From IMG/VR virus record IMGVR_UViG_3300010883_000018: a stretch of 64,000 nt of DNA, one strand, 5' to 3'. The notes under the pieces were generated by a model. It was not told the origin of the DNA, did no database searches, and was given only the letters and a program-made list of their open reading frames with translations. The stretch's first letter is position 1; each line of letters opens with the position of its first letter. Made by a program: the position numbers and the translations under genes. This DNA is from an uncultured virus (IMG/VR IMGVR_UViG_3300010883_000018). Its lineage: Duplodnaviria; Heunggongvirae; Uroviricota; Caudoviricetes. Below are positions 28,776 through 37,068 of this stretch, one piece after another.

Positions 28776-29186
28776 ATGACATGGCTGGATTTTGTAGCAC
28801 TCATCGCGGCCACCGGAGTGCCGGTAAATGCCTGGTTGTACGAAGACAGCATCATCGCCGGCTGGCGGGAATGGTTTATTGCCTGGGGTGATTACGCGAT
28901 CCCGGCAGATGCCGCGGATTTCTCACCCACGCTATGGCAACGGAGCCGGGCACGAATTGCCCAACTACTGAGCTGTCGATTTTGTATGTCACACTGGGTA
29001 CCAGTCATGCTGATTGTGGCCTTTTTCATCCCTAGTCTGTGGATGCCGTCGCCTTGGAGTACCGTGATTAAGTTCCCTGTGTACTCCTTGGCGGCTACCC
29101 GCTTTTCACTAATTCTTGGCTACGCAGCCAACAAGCTTCGGCATCGTGACAGCGATCCCGAGGCAGATACGGACAACAAAGAGTGA
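28776..29186 (+). CDS. DUF1360-like membrane protein
   Basis: LLSCRFCMSHW between hydrophobic helices. Confidence 0.6.
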   Translation: MTWLDFVALIAATGVPVNAWLYEDSIIAGWREWFIAWGDYAIPADAADFSPTLWQRSRARIAQLLSCRFCMSHWVPVMLIVAFFIPSLWMPSPWSTVIKFPVYSLAATRFSLILGYAANKLRHRDSDPEADTDNKE

Positions 29187-29608
29187 ACGAACCCAACCCA
29201 CCCGAACTAGCGAACCCGATGGAACAACAGGACTACGTCCCTAACCCACCGGAACCGCCGCGACTACCATTTTACGAACAAGTCCAGATGACTTTTCAAT
29301 CCATGGTGGAAGCACTATGTCGCGACGTGCCGGAATTCCGCGGCGCCGCTATCGCTCTTGTCTGGGACCTCAACCTACCCGCTACGGATCTCATGCACGG
29401 CATGATCCTGGGCAAGGACGTTGAACAACCGCAGTTTATTCTGCGGGCGTCAGAACAGACCAACAAGTTGATGCGAAATCTGGTTGCCAGTTTTATGCAG
29501 CAACTACAAGTAGGAAACGAGGCTGCAAAAGAATTGGATGCGGAAATCGCACTGAAAAGAAAAGAACTAAATGCCCTCCAAGAGAAAATCCAACAAGCGA
29601 GTACCTGA
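29183..29608 (+). CDS. Hypothetical coiled-coil protein
   Basis: Overlapping operon ORF. Confidence 0.65.
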   Translation: MNEPNPPELANPMEQQDYVPNPPEPPRLPFYEQVQMTFQSMVEALCRDVPEFRGAAIALVWDLNLPATDLMHGMILGKDVEQPQFILRASEQTNKLMRNLVASFMQQLQVGNEAAKELDAEIALKRKELNALQEKIQQAST

Positions 29609-30194
29609 TAAGGAGCTGGCGACCATTCAGGAACTTACGGCCCACCTTAAAATCCAACAGTGGGACGCCCTCATCATCGGCGACGGGTCCGGCAGTCGCT
29701 GGGACAGCGGCATGGGCTGGGGCAGTGTACTGATCGACAATTACTCTGCTGCCCGCAAACTGTTTTACGGCGCTGCCAATATTGGCACAGTCACGCTAGC
29801 CGAACTGATGCCGTACATCTACGCCATGTCCTGGTACGCCGGGCCTAAAGGCATGGGCCACGTATGTCGCAAGCACAAGGCTCAACAGGGTCTTAATGTG
29901 CAGGTGCATATCGTCACAGATAGTCGAGTAATCGCTACTTGCGGCGCTAGGCCTGAATCTCGCAAGGCTTACCGAGAACTGTGGGCCATGCTGGACTGCT
30001 ACCGGGCCAATGGTTTTGATCTGACATTTCATCACGTCTCTCGAGATGTAGTGAATATGAATGTGCTTATGGACGCGATCAGCCGGCAATCGCGGCTGTC
30101 GCTCGCGGGCGTGTATGAACGCGCCATCCAAGAACTGCAAGGAAAATATCCCGGCTTACCAGACGAGGCCTCGATCTATGACTTCTCGACCTGA
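29571..30194 (+). CDS. Ribonuclease H-like protein
   Basis: IIGDGS..G.GWG, AELM, HIVTDS, N...D. Confidence 0.85.
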   Translation: MPSKRKSNKRVPDKELATIQELTAHLKIQQWDALIIGDGSGSRWDSGMGWGSVLIDNYSAARKLFYGAANIGTVTLAELMPYIYAMSWYAGPKGMGHVCRKHKAQQGLNVQVHIVTDSRVIATCGARPESRKAYRELWAMLDCYRANGFDLTFHHVSRDVVNMNVLMDAISRQSRLSLAGVYERAIQELQGKYPGLPDEASIYDFST

Positions 30195-30621
30195 AACTAA
30201 GAGGGTGCACTGGGAATTCTATCCCCCGGAAACACCTGTCACACTCGTACGCTTCTTCGAAGAAGAACTGGTGGTGATGGAAAATCCCACAGCTGTCCGT
30301 GATCGCATTCGCGTCCACTACGGTGACCGGATTACTGGCGCCCGTTGGAATATCCCACCTGACGTGGGTTACGTAGCTTTAGCCATCGGTGAGGAAGGTA
30401 ATCCAATCCGCTTTATGCTGCTGCACAACTCCCGCAGCACGCAGGGCCCGGGAGTCATGATGGAGCGAATCATCAAGTTGGAATACACCTCGAACGAGGT
30501 TCAAGACGAGCCGATCTATCGGCATCCCAACTTTCATAAGCCGGTAGAAGACGCTGTAGCTGTAGCGTCTATGCAGTTTGCGGATTCCATGCGGCAGTTC
30601 CGTAAGGTCCGCGTGCGATGA
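30178..30621 (+). CDS. Hypothetical protein
   Basis: Operon ORF coupled to the next gene. Confidence 0.65.
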   Translation: MTSRPETKRVHWEFYPPETPVTLVRFFEEELVVMENPTAVRDRIRVHYGDRITGARWNIPPDVGYVALAIGEEGNPIRFMLLHNSRSTQGPGVMMERIIKLEYTSNEVQDEPIYRHPNFHKPVEDAVAVASMQFADSMRQFRKVRVR

Positions 30622-31136
30622 CACTAAAAATTGACTGTCGTTTTTACACACTGTATACGCCATTAGGCGTAATCACTGCATTGGAAAACTTCCACACGTT
30701 GGACGGCTGGCAGAACTATATGAACCCTGGCAGGCGACTAACGATTTTGACTGGTGAAACGCTTACAGGTGCGGCTTGGGACGAGTACCAAGGTTATCTC
30801 CATAAATCGCTAATCCCGACTGATGAGAAGATCTGGCGACTGCGATATAGCCGGAATACGTATACGGACGTATTTCTCTATCCGACAGCGACTGCTCGCA
30901 TCCTGCGAATTGATTACGCAAATAGCCGATACCGAGAGGATACTCCTCTTTACGTCTGCGCCAATTTTGACGCCATGCGCGCTGCGATAGCGAGGCGAGG
31001 CGAGGCATACGCGCTCCAAACTACGGAGTTCGATACTGGGCAAACCTACGCGCCAACCAATAATCTAGAACCAAGACAAATCCCCCCACACACCAGAAGG
31101 TACAGGAAAATCAATGTCCACTCTACAGATTCATGA
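30618..31136 (+). CDS. Hypothetical protein
   Basis: ATGA overlap. Confidence 0.65.
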   Translation: MTLKIDCRFYTLYTPLGVITALENFHTLDGWQNYMNPGRRLTILTGETLTGAAWDEYQGYLHKSLIPTDEKIWRLRYSRNTYTDVFLYPTATARILRIDYANSRYREDTPLYVCANFDAMRAAIARRGEAYALQTTEFDTGQTYAPTNNLEPRQIPPHTRRYRKINVHSTDS

Positions 31137-31725
31137 GATATCCGTCATCAGCGATGACGGCAAGTTTCAACTAGGCGCTAAGGTCAAAGCCAAATCCCGC
31201 GTGGAAGCCGCCGCCAAACTGCGCAAAGCAATGGAGGCGGAGTATCAAAACGGGCTCGTCGGTGAGGGCCCGTTAAGTCCGGACATCACGGAGTTCACCG
31301 TATCAGTGGATCCAATAGCCGTCACTGCCAACAGTGTCATTCGCCTGCACGACATTCCCGAGGACGGTTCCGCGATGGCGCCATGCGTCGAGACACACGA
31401 TCCCGATCGCGCGGCGCCTACGGTCATTGTCATCGGTTGCCCGCCGCGGAAAGCGGAGTGGCTGATGCAGCATACGGATAACGAGGCTGACTGGATTTTC
31501 CTCAGCAGTGCTGGCGATCCACCGGACTCCTTGCCGCCTAACGATTTTGTAGTGGAGATCCACTACCACACAGAGACGGCTGAGGAGATACAAGACTTCT
31601 ACACGGAGTGCGGGCGACCTTCCGACAGGAATATCATTGTCTGGAGCCGCAAGATCAGTGTTTCGCTGGCGCGCAAGATTTCCGCACGCATCACCCACCA
31701 TCATCGAGAACACGACCGATCATGA
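31114..31725 (+). CDS. Hypothetical protein
   Basis: AGGA RBS; ATGA overlap with the next gene. Confidence 0.65.
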   Translation: MSTLQIHEISVISDDGKFQLGAKVKAKSRVEAAAKLRKAMEAEYQNGLVGEGPLSPDITEFTVSVDPIAVTANSVIRLHDIPEDGSAMAPCVETHDPDRAAPTVIVIGCPPRKAEWLMQHTDNEADWIFLSSAGDPPDSLPPNDFVVEIHYHTETAEEIQDFYTECGRPSDRNIIVWSRKISVSLARKISARITHHHREHDRS

Positions 31726-33461
31726 GCAAAACGAAAACGCGGAAATTTCGTCAGGATCCCAACCTGCTCAAGCAGGTCATCATGTCGCAGGCCGGCACGC
31801 TTTGGAAGGCTGTGCTGGAGGGCGTCATGAACGCGGTGGATGCCGGTGCCAGTCGCTTGGAGATTATGGCATCGCAAACAGATATTCATCTGGTGGACAA
31901 CGGGCGAGGTTTCCGCACCAACGAGGAAATCGAGGAGTATTTCGAAGTCTTCGGCAAACCACATACGGCTGATGAGGGTAAGACGTATGGCCGATTTCGG
32001 ATGGGCCGCGGTCAGTTATTTGCCTACGGGCACAACCACTGGCGGAGCGGTAAGTTCTCCATGGACGTGAATGTACACGCGACCAAATTCTGGGATGAGT
32101 ACGGGCAATTGCAGTACGATCTGCAGGATACCCTAGAGAATGTCGACGGGTGCAGGATCAATGTGCACCTGAGTCGACCGTTGGATCGGGGCGATTTGGC
32201 ACAGTTTGAGGAAGACCTCAAGCTCAACGCCAAGTTCGTACCCATCGAGGTCTTCCTCAATGGTACGCGTATCGATCACTCCAGCAGCTCCATCAAATGG
32301 GACGCAGAGCTGGAAGAGGCTGACATCAAGTACCGGCAACGCAGTGAACTGGTGGTCTACAACCAGGGCGTTCGCGTGACAAGCTACGCCAATCATCACT
32401 ACGGCGTTGGCGGTGATGTGGTTAGTAAGGTGCCGTTAAAGGTGAACTTCGCCCGCAACGAGATTATGAGTGACTGCCCTGTCTGGCAAAAACTGCAGCG
32501 ACTAATTCGCCGTAAGGGCGCAGAAGGTCGCGAGGTTCGGGAGCAGACGCGTGGAATGACCGAGGATGATCGTAAAGCCACCGCTCTGCAATTGTTACGC
32601 GGGGAGCTGCCCTCAAACGAAAGCTATATAGCTAAAGTGTTTACGGACATCGCCTGGCAACACAAATCCTTAAACAGCATCTTGCAGAAAGGTTACGGCG
32701 GCCGGATTACTGTAGGTCCAAAAATGTACGATGAGTTAGCTAAACGGATACACGCCGAAAAATTAGCTTTCGTACTATCGCCGCAAACCTTGCAGCGGTT
32801 TGGCGTGGATACTGTGGAGGAGCTGGTAGCGATATGTACATGGACTGTTCGCAACTCCCGCCATACTTACGACTGGAAAGAGCAGCCCCTGCAAGCGGCT
32901 ATCGTTTTGGATTACGACGAACTGGCTGCCGGCTTCAGTCAAGAATTCACGTTGGTCGATAAGAAGAAGTGGACCGTGCGTGAGTCTGCCGTCATGGATG
33001 CACTCAATCACAGTGCGCAGTGGCTGCAGTGGGGTGCACCAGAAGAATTACAAGCTCGCCGCGATCGTGTGATCACGCTGGGCTGCTCGGAAGTAACTAA
33101 ACATTGGACCGATGGGAAGACCTATGTAGCACTAGACCGCAAAATGATTTCGGGAGGAGCTCTGGACTTAGACACGTTTTTCCGATGGTGTTGTATGGTC
33201 GTCCACGAGTTGTGTCACGTTACACCAAGTAACTGCGAACACGAACACGACGTGGATTTCTTCCACTACTATCACAATTGGACAATGGGATCTCGCTTTG
33301 GCATTTTTGTGCAAACCGTTTTCATGCGACTGCCAACGTCCTACCAAAAAGAGAATAAGCGAATGAGTCGCCTGGGTCTAAAACGTTTAGATCGGGCGGA
33401 GCGTGTCGCTGCGGAAAACCAAAAAATAAATAAAGAGACAACCGAAGAAACTCAAGAGTGA
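31722..33461 (+). CDS. GHKL (Hsp90/MORC-like) ATPase with C-terminal HExxH zincin-like motif
   Basis: EGVMNAVDA, DNGRG, GRFRMG, and HELCH...H near the C-terminus. Confidence 0.85.
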   Translation: MSKTKTRKFRQDPNLLKQVIMSQAGTLWKAVLEGVMNAVDAGASRLEIMASQTDIHLVDNGRGFRTNEEIEEYFEVFGKPHTADEGKTYGRFRMGRGQLFAYGHNHWRSGKFSMDVNVHATKFWDEYGQLQYDLQDTLENVDGCRINVHLSRPLDRGDLAQFEEDLKLNAKFVPIEVFLNGTRIDHSSSSIKWDAELEEADIKYRQRSELVVYNQGVRVTSYANHHYGVGGDVVSKVPLKVNFARNEIMSDCPVWQKLQRLIRRKGAEGREVREQTRGMTEDDRKATALQLLRGELPSNESYIAKVFTDIAWQHKSLNSILQKGYGGRITVGPKMYDELAKRIHAEKLAFVLSPQTLQRFGVDTVEELVAICTWTVRNSRHTYDWKEQPLQAAIVLDYDELAAGFSQEFTLVDKKKWTVRESAVMDALNHSAQWLQWGAPEELQARRDRVITLGCSEVTKHWTDGKTYVALDRKMISGGALDLDTFFRWCCMVVHELCHVTPSNCEHEHDVDFFHYYHNWTMGSRFGIFVQTVFMRLPTSYQKENKRMSRLGLKRLDRAERVAAENQKINKETTEETQE

Positions 33462-33471
33462 GAAAAAGATT

Positions 33472-34458
33472 ATGTCAACAGTAACAGCCAAAACAAGCAC
33501 AGGCATCGTTGGCGCGCATCCGGTCATCATTAAATCGGCTTTGTACGGAACAAAGTACCGCGACTGGACACTGGGCGGACGCCTGGAAGTGACGATTCAG
33601 TTCCTGAATCCGTTGTTGGGCTCGCAGCCCGACCACGACATCAAGCAAAAGCAGAACGAGTTGGAGGAGAACCGCGCCTTGAAGGCCGGTCACGTCGACA
33701 ACTACACCGAGGAGGAGGGCCGTGCGTTGGCCGCCGCCGAGCTGATCAGTCTGGGTTCGATCGGAAAGGGGACCACGGGGTTCAACCAGGACGCAGATGG
33801 AAATGCGATCCTGTTGGAATACATACCACGAGGGTTCCTGAAGGCGGCATTCGACGCGATGGGTCAGGCCGGTATGGGAAGCTGGGGATTCCGCACCCAC
33901 TGCATGGAGCACGTGTTTGTGCATCCGGTGGATTGGGACACGGTGGACGGGACGCACCATGCAGCCGTCATGCGGCGTCGCGGTATCCCGTTGTTCCGCG
34001 TAGCCGGCATGCGAGAGAACGCGGACTGCTCCCCAGCGGGCGTCAGTGAACTCTCGGAGATCAAGGATACGGGCGTCAACTTGGCGAAGATGCACCTCGA
34101 GTCGTTCGATGTGGCGGCGTTGGCCAGCGATAACGACTTGTTGGTTCGGCCGGTCATGGGCGAGACTAAGGGCGTCAAGCACGTGGCGATCTCGGCCAGT
34201 CAGATGATTGAAGCGGGCGCTGTGTGTGCGTTCGAGGTTGTGGTCACGCCTAACGGCTTCGGGATCAACTTGGAAACGATCGTGCAAGCATTGGCCTACG
34301 GCGAGCATAAGGGCTTGGGTCAGTGGCGAACCGCGGGCTACGGTGCGTTCCAGGTCGTCGGTCTCCGAGTGGTTCAGGACAACCTGAGCAAGTACAACAC
34401 TCGCGACAAGAAGGCGAAAGCAGCCGCCGATAAGGCGAAAGGTACGAACGGCAAGTAA
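33472..34458 (+). CDS. Stand-alone Cas7/Csf2-like RAMP protein
   Basis: RLEVTIQFLNPLLGSQP first RRM strand; ILLEYIPRGFLKAA; IEAGAVCAFEV; Gly-rich loop LAYGEHKGLGQWRTAGYGAFQV. Confidence 0.8.
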   Translation: MSTVTAKTSTGIVGAHPVIIKSALYGTKYRDWTLGGRLEVTIQFLNPLLGSQPDHDIKQKQNELEENRALKAGHVDNYTEEEGRALAAAELISLGSIGKGTTGFNQDADGNAILLEYIPRGFLKAAFDAMGQAGMGSWGFRTHCMEHVFVHPVDWDTVDGTHHAAVMRRRGIPLFRVAGMRENADCSPAGVSELSEIKDTGVNLAKMHLESFDVAALASDNDLLVRPVMGETKGVKHVAISASQMIEAGAVCAFEVVVTPNGFGINLETIVQALAYGEHKGLGQWRTAGYGAFQVVGLRVVQDNLSKYNTRDKKAKAAADKAKGTNGK

Positions 34459-34477
34459 GCCGGGTCGTTAGCGAAAC

Positions 34478-34516
34478 AAAGTGGGGTGCGGAAGGATCCG
34501 CGCCTCACTTTTTTTT
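34478..34516 (+). terminator. Intrinsic terminator after the RAMP gene
   Basis: aaagtggggtgcgga/tccgcgcctcacttt stem followed by a T-run. Confidence 0.8.
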
Positions 34517-34530
34517 GTGGGTGCACATAA

Positions 34531-34842
34531 ATGTACAAGTACATCGTTGAATACCATGACATGCCCTTCGCACACTCCCAACCGAGAATACTCATAGTGG
34601 AGGCCAAGTCACGTGTGGCGGCTTTTGTCGTGGCGTTTGTCGCTTTAACTGAACGCGGATTTTGTATCGATATCGACATGCCAGGTGTTGACTATCATGC
34701 GTACTTCTTACCTGCAGAAGTAAACGAACTAGAGCAGCAATATGTGATACCGCCTCGACGGTATGGTCAAACGCGTATTACTAACGTGGAAGTTTTTCAC
34801 ACCGGCATGAAAGAATTGCCCGGGAAGGTACTGCACGGCTAA
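34531..34842 (+). CDS. Hypothetical protein
   Basis: ORF in + strand gene run. Confidence 0.55.
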   Translation: MYKYIVEYHDMPFAHSQPRILIVEAKSRVAAFVVAFVALTERGFCIDIDMPGVDYHAYFLPAEVNELEQQYVIPPRRYGQTRITNVEVFHTGMKELPGKVLHG

Positions 34843-34861
34843 CCCTTAGGGAGACACGTTA

Positions 34862-35242
34862 ATGCGCAAATGGACTAAACCAGACACTGCAAGCATGTCG
34901 CTACGCGAAGTCTTAGAGTATCGCCGGCTGCGGACGCTGTTTACCCAGCAGTATGCTGAAAACTTGCTTGCTTTCAACCGAGTCACGGACTTGAAGGCAA
35001 GTTGTGATTGTTGCGGGGATCACCCAACTAAGTACTGGTCCGATACGGAATATAGGAATGTCGATGTGCCACTGGATCTCCTGCGGTGGGCCAGCTACTC
35101 GCTGTGCCGGGACTGTTTCCAGGCCTATTGGTGTAACACACCACAGGCAAACTTAAATACGGGCTGCGGTACCCCGCACAGCGCTATACCCGGCAGCCAG
35201 CAGAAGTACGAAGGTGGCAATTTCCACGGTGGAGAATGGTAA
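34862..35242 (+). CDS. Hypothetical Zn-finger protein
   Basis: CDCC...CRDC; GGGAG RBS. Confidence 0.6.
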   Translation: MRKWTKPDTASMSLREVLEYRRLRTLFTQQYAENLLAFNRVTDLKASCDCCGDHPTKYWSDTEYRNVDVPLDLLRWASYSLCRDCFQAYWCNTPQANLNTGCGTPHSAIPGSQQKYEGGNFHGGEW

Positions 35243-35296
35243 ATAGGGGGTGTTCGACATCTGAAAATTAAACGGTGTGACAAGCCAAAACACCGT

Positions 35297-35710
35297 TTAG
35301 TTTTCTACCTTTTCGCCTAACTTCTCGTTCACGCATTTCGCAAACCTACGCGATGCGATTAGCATCTGCTGCCGCAAGTCGTCAACATGATCGAGCATCG
35401 ACAGCCGTTGCTCCGCAGTTGCTGCCCACATGGGCGTAGCCTCCTCGCAAACTTCCTCGTGGTGGCGTTTGAAGGTAACTTGCCACTCCTGGCCATAGCC
35501 TTTCTGGGCATAAACTTTAGCCCAGGCAATATAGTGCTGGAACGGACTACCATACAAATCGTCTGGCGTAATGTCCAGGTAAGCGCTAACTGGGCAATTC
35601 AACTCGCGTAGCTCTTCATTAACGGACTGCCACTTTTCATTCAGAGCAGTGAAAGCATCCTCGAGTAGCGTTTGTGTCTCTGCAACAGAGACGGGGGATT
35701 TGGTGGCCAT
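35297..35710 (-). CDS. Hypothetical protein flanked by 14-bp inverted repeats
   Basis: AAAGGAGG RBS on the minus strand; IRs at 35273-35286 and 35749-35762. Confidence 0.75.
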   Translation of the reverse strand: MATKSPVSVAETQTLLEDAFTALNEKWQSVNEELRELNCPVSAYLDITPDDLYGSPFQHYIAWAKVYAQKGYGQEWQVTFKRHHEEVCEEATPMWAATAEQRLSMLDHVDDLRQQMLIASRRFAKCVNEKLGEKVEN

Positions 35711-35807
35711 ATCAAGGCCCTCCTTTCCTAGTCACGGAAAATAAAAACGGCTTGTCACACCGCGCCCGTCACTCTAGTTCAGGAGATATACAATTTCAAT
35801 AGAACAA

Positions 35808-36143
35808 TTGCAGGAACAGCTCAAACTTTGGATGAAGCGTAAGGATCTCTGGGGTGGGGCCAAATTCTGTGAGCAGCACACCTGGGAAGTGAACTTCGCA
35901 GAGCACGTCGGTCGCGGTGCTGCTATTACCTTGGCGATTGATGCATCGCCTATGTACGGATTGCTTAACCATCCAGATGCGTGGGACGGTACGACGCGGG
36001 AGGCGGTTGAGCAGTTTGACGATCTCGTTGAGCGTTGCGGCTTCTACTACGAGTTCGGGTACGCCTGGTCCCTGCATTTCTACCGACTAGAGCCCAAGCT
36101 CGAGATAGTTAGTCACGTCGGAGCCACTGTAACGAAAGCTTAG
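35808..36143 (+). CDS. Hypothetical protein directly upstream of pentamer array 1
   Basis: AGGAG upstream; start uncertain. Confidence 0.6.
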   Translation: MQEQLKLWMKRKDLWGGAKFCEQHTWEVNFAEHVGRGAAITLAIDASPMYGLLNHPDAWDGTTREAVEQFDDLVERCGFYYEFGYAWSLHFYRLEPKLEIVSHVGATVTKA

Positions 36144-36697
36144 TAATGTGGTGGTGATGTCATGTCGCGTATTGTTGCGTGGCGGTTGGGTGTGGTTTTG
36201 CTGAGTGTTGTTGAGGTCTTGTACTGTCTGGTGACGTCTAGTTACGGTGCTGCTGTGTTTAGTTAAGTCTCGTAGCGGTGCTGTGTTGTTCTGTGAAGTA
36301 TTGTGTCGGTACGGTTTTGTGCCGTAGGGTGCCGTACCGTGCTGGTGGGGTTATGTGTTGTGCGGTCCTGTGCTGTGGTGGTCACGCCCTGTTTTGTCGA
36401 GTGCTGTGGTGGTCAAGTATCGTGAGGTGTTATGGGGTATAGTGCCGGCGGTGTAATGTGCTCTGGTGTACTGCTCTGTTGCGTAATGGTGCTGCTGTGT
36501 TTAGTTAAGTTTCGTAGCGGTGATGTGATGTCACGTTGAGTGAAGTGCCGTGTTGGTACGGTGGAGTGCCGTACGGTTAAGTACCGTTTTGGTAATGTCT
36601 TGGTCGTGACGTATTGTGCTGCCTTGTGGTGGTCCCGTGGAGTAGCGTGATGCCTGGTCGAGGTTGCGCGCTGTTTAGTCGTGTTCTGTGGGGTAAC
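36143..36697 (+). repeat. GT-NNN pentamer array 1 (about 16 units of 6-8 pentamers, each unit opened by an extra G)
   Basis: Parses as G-GTgat-GTcat-GTcgc-GTatt-GTtgc-GTggc / G-GTtgg-GTgtg-GTttt-GCtga-GTgtt-GTtga and so on. Confidence 0.9.
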
Positions 36698-36800
36698 TTA
36701 TTGCCTCAAAAATCGTCGTCGTGGGGGATGGAAAATCGGATCACAGCGATCGGTTGACAAAAGGGTCGCTGGCTAGTATGCTCATCCCATGAGCATAGTA

Positions 36801-36876
36801 AAAGGCTAAAGTGACCATCTGTTTTTGTAAGTCGTTAGTGTGACTTGACTTAAGTACCATGGTCACTTTAGCCTTT
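36801..36876. repeat. Perfect 18-bp inverted repeat with 40-nt spacer between the two arrays
   Basis: aaaggctaaagtgaccat / atggtcactttagccttt. Confidence 0.9.
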
Positions 36877-37068
36877 AACTTTACTTTACAGTAAAGTGCC
36901 AAGGGAGTGCCCGCGCCTCCTGTCGGGCGGGGCACCTTCTCATTGTTGTACCAACAAACAAAACAGGATTACCCTCCGACCCACCATGTTGTGGCGCGCG
37001 GTAGCCTAGTGAGGTGCAACCCTCTTTTTGACGACCCCCACGTGTATGGATATCCATACGACCGATTC

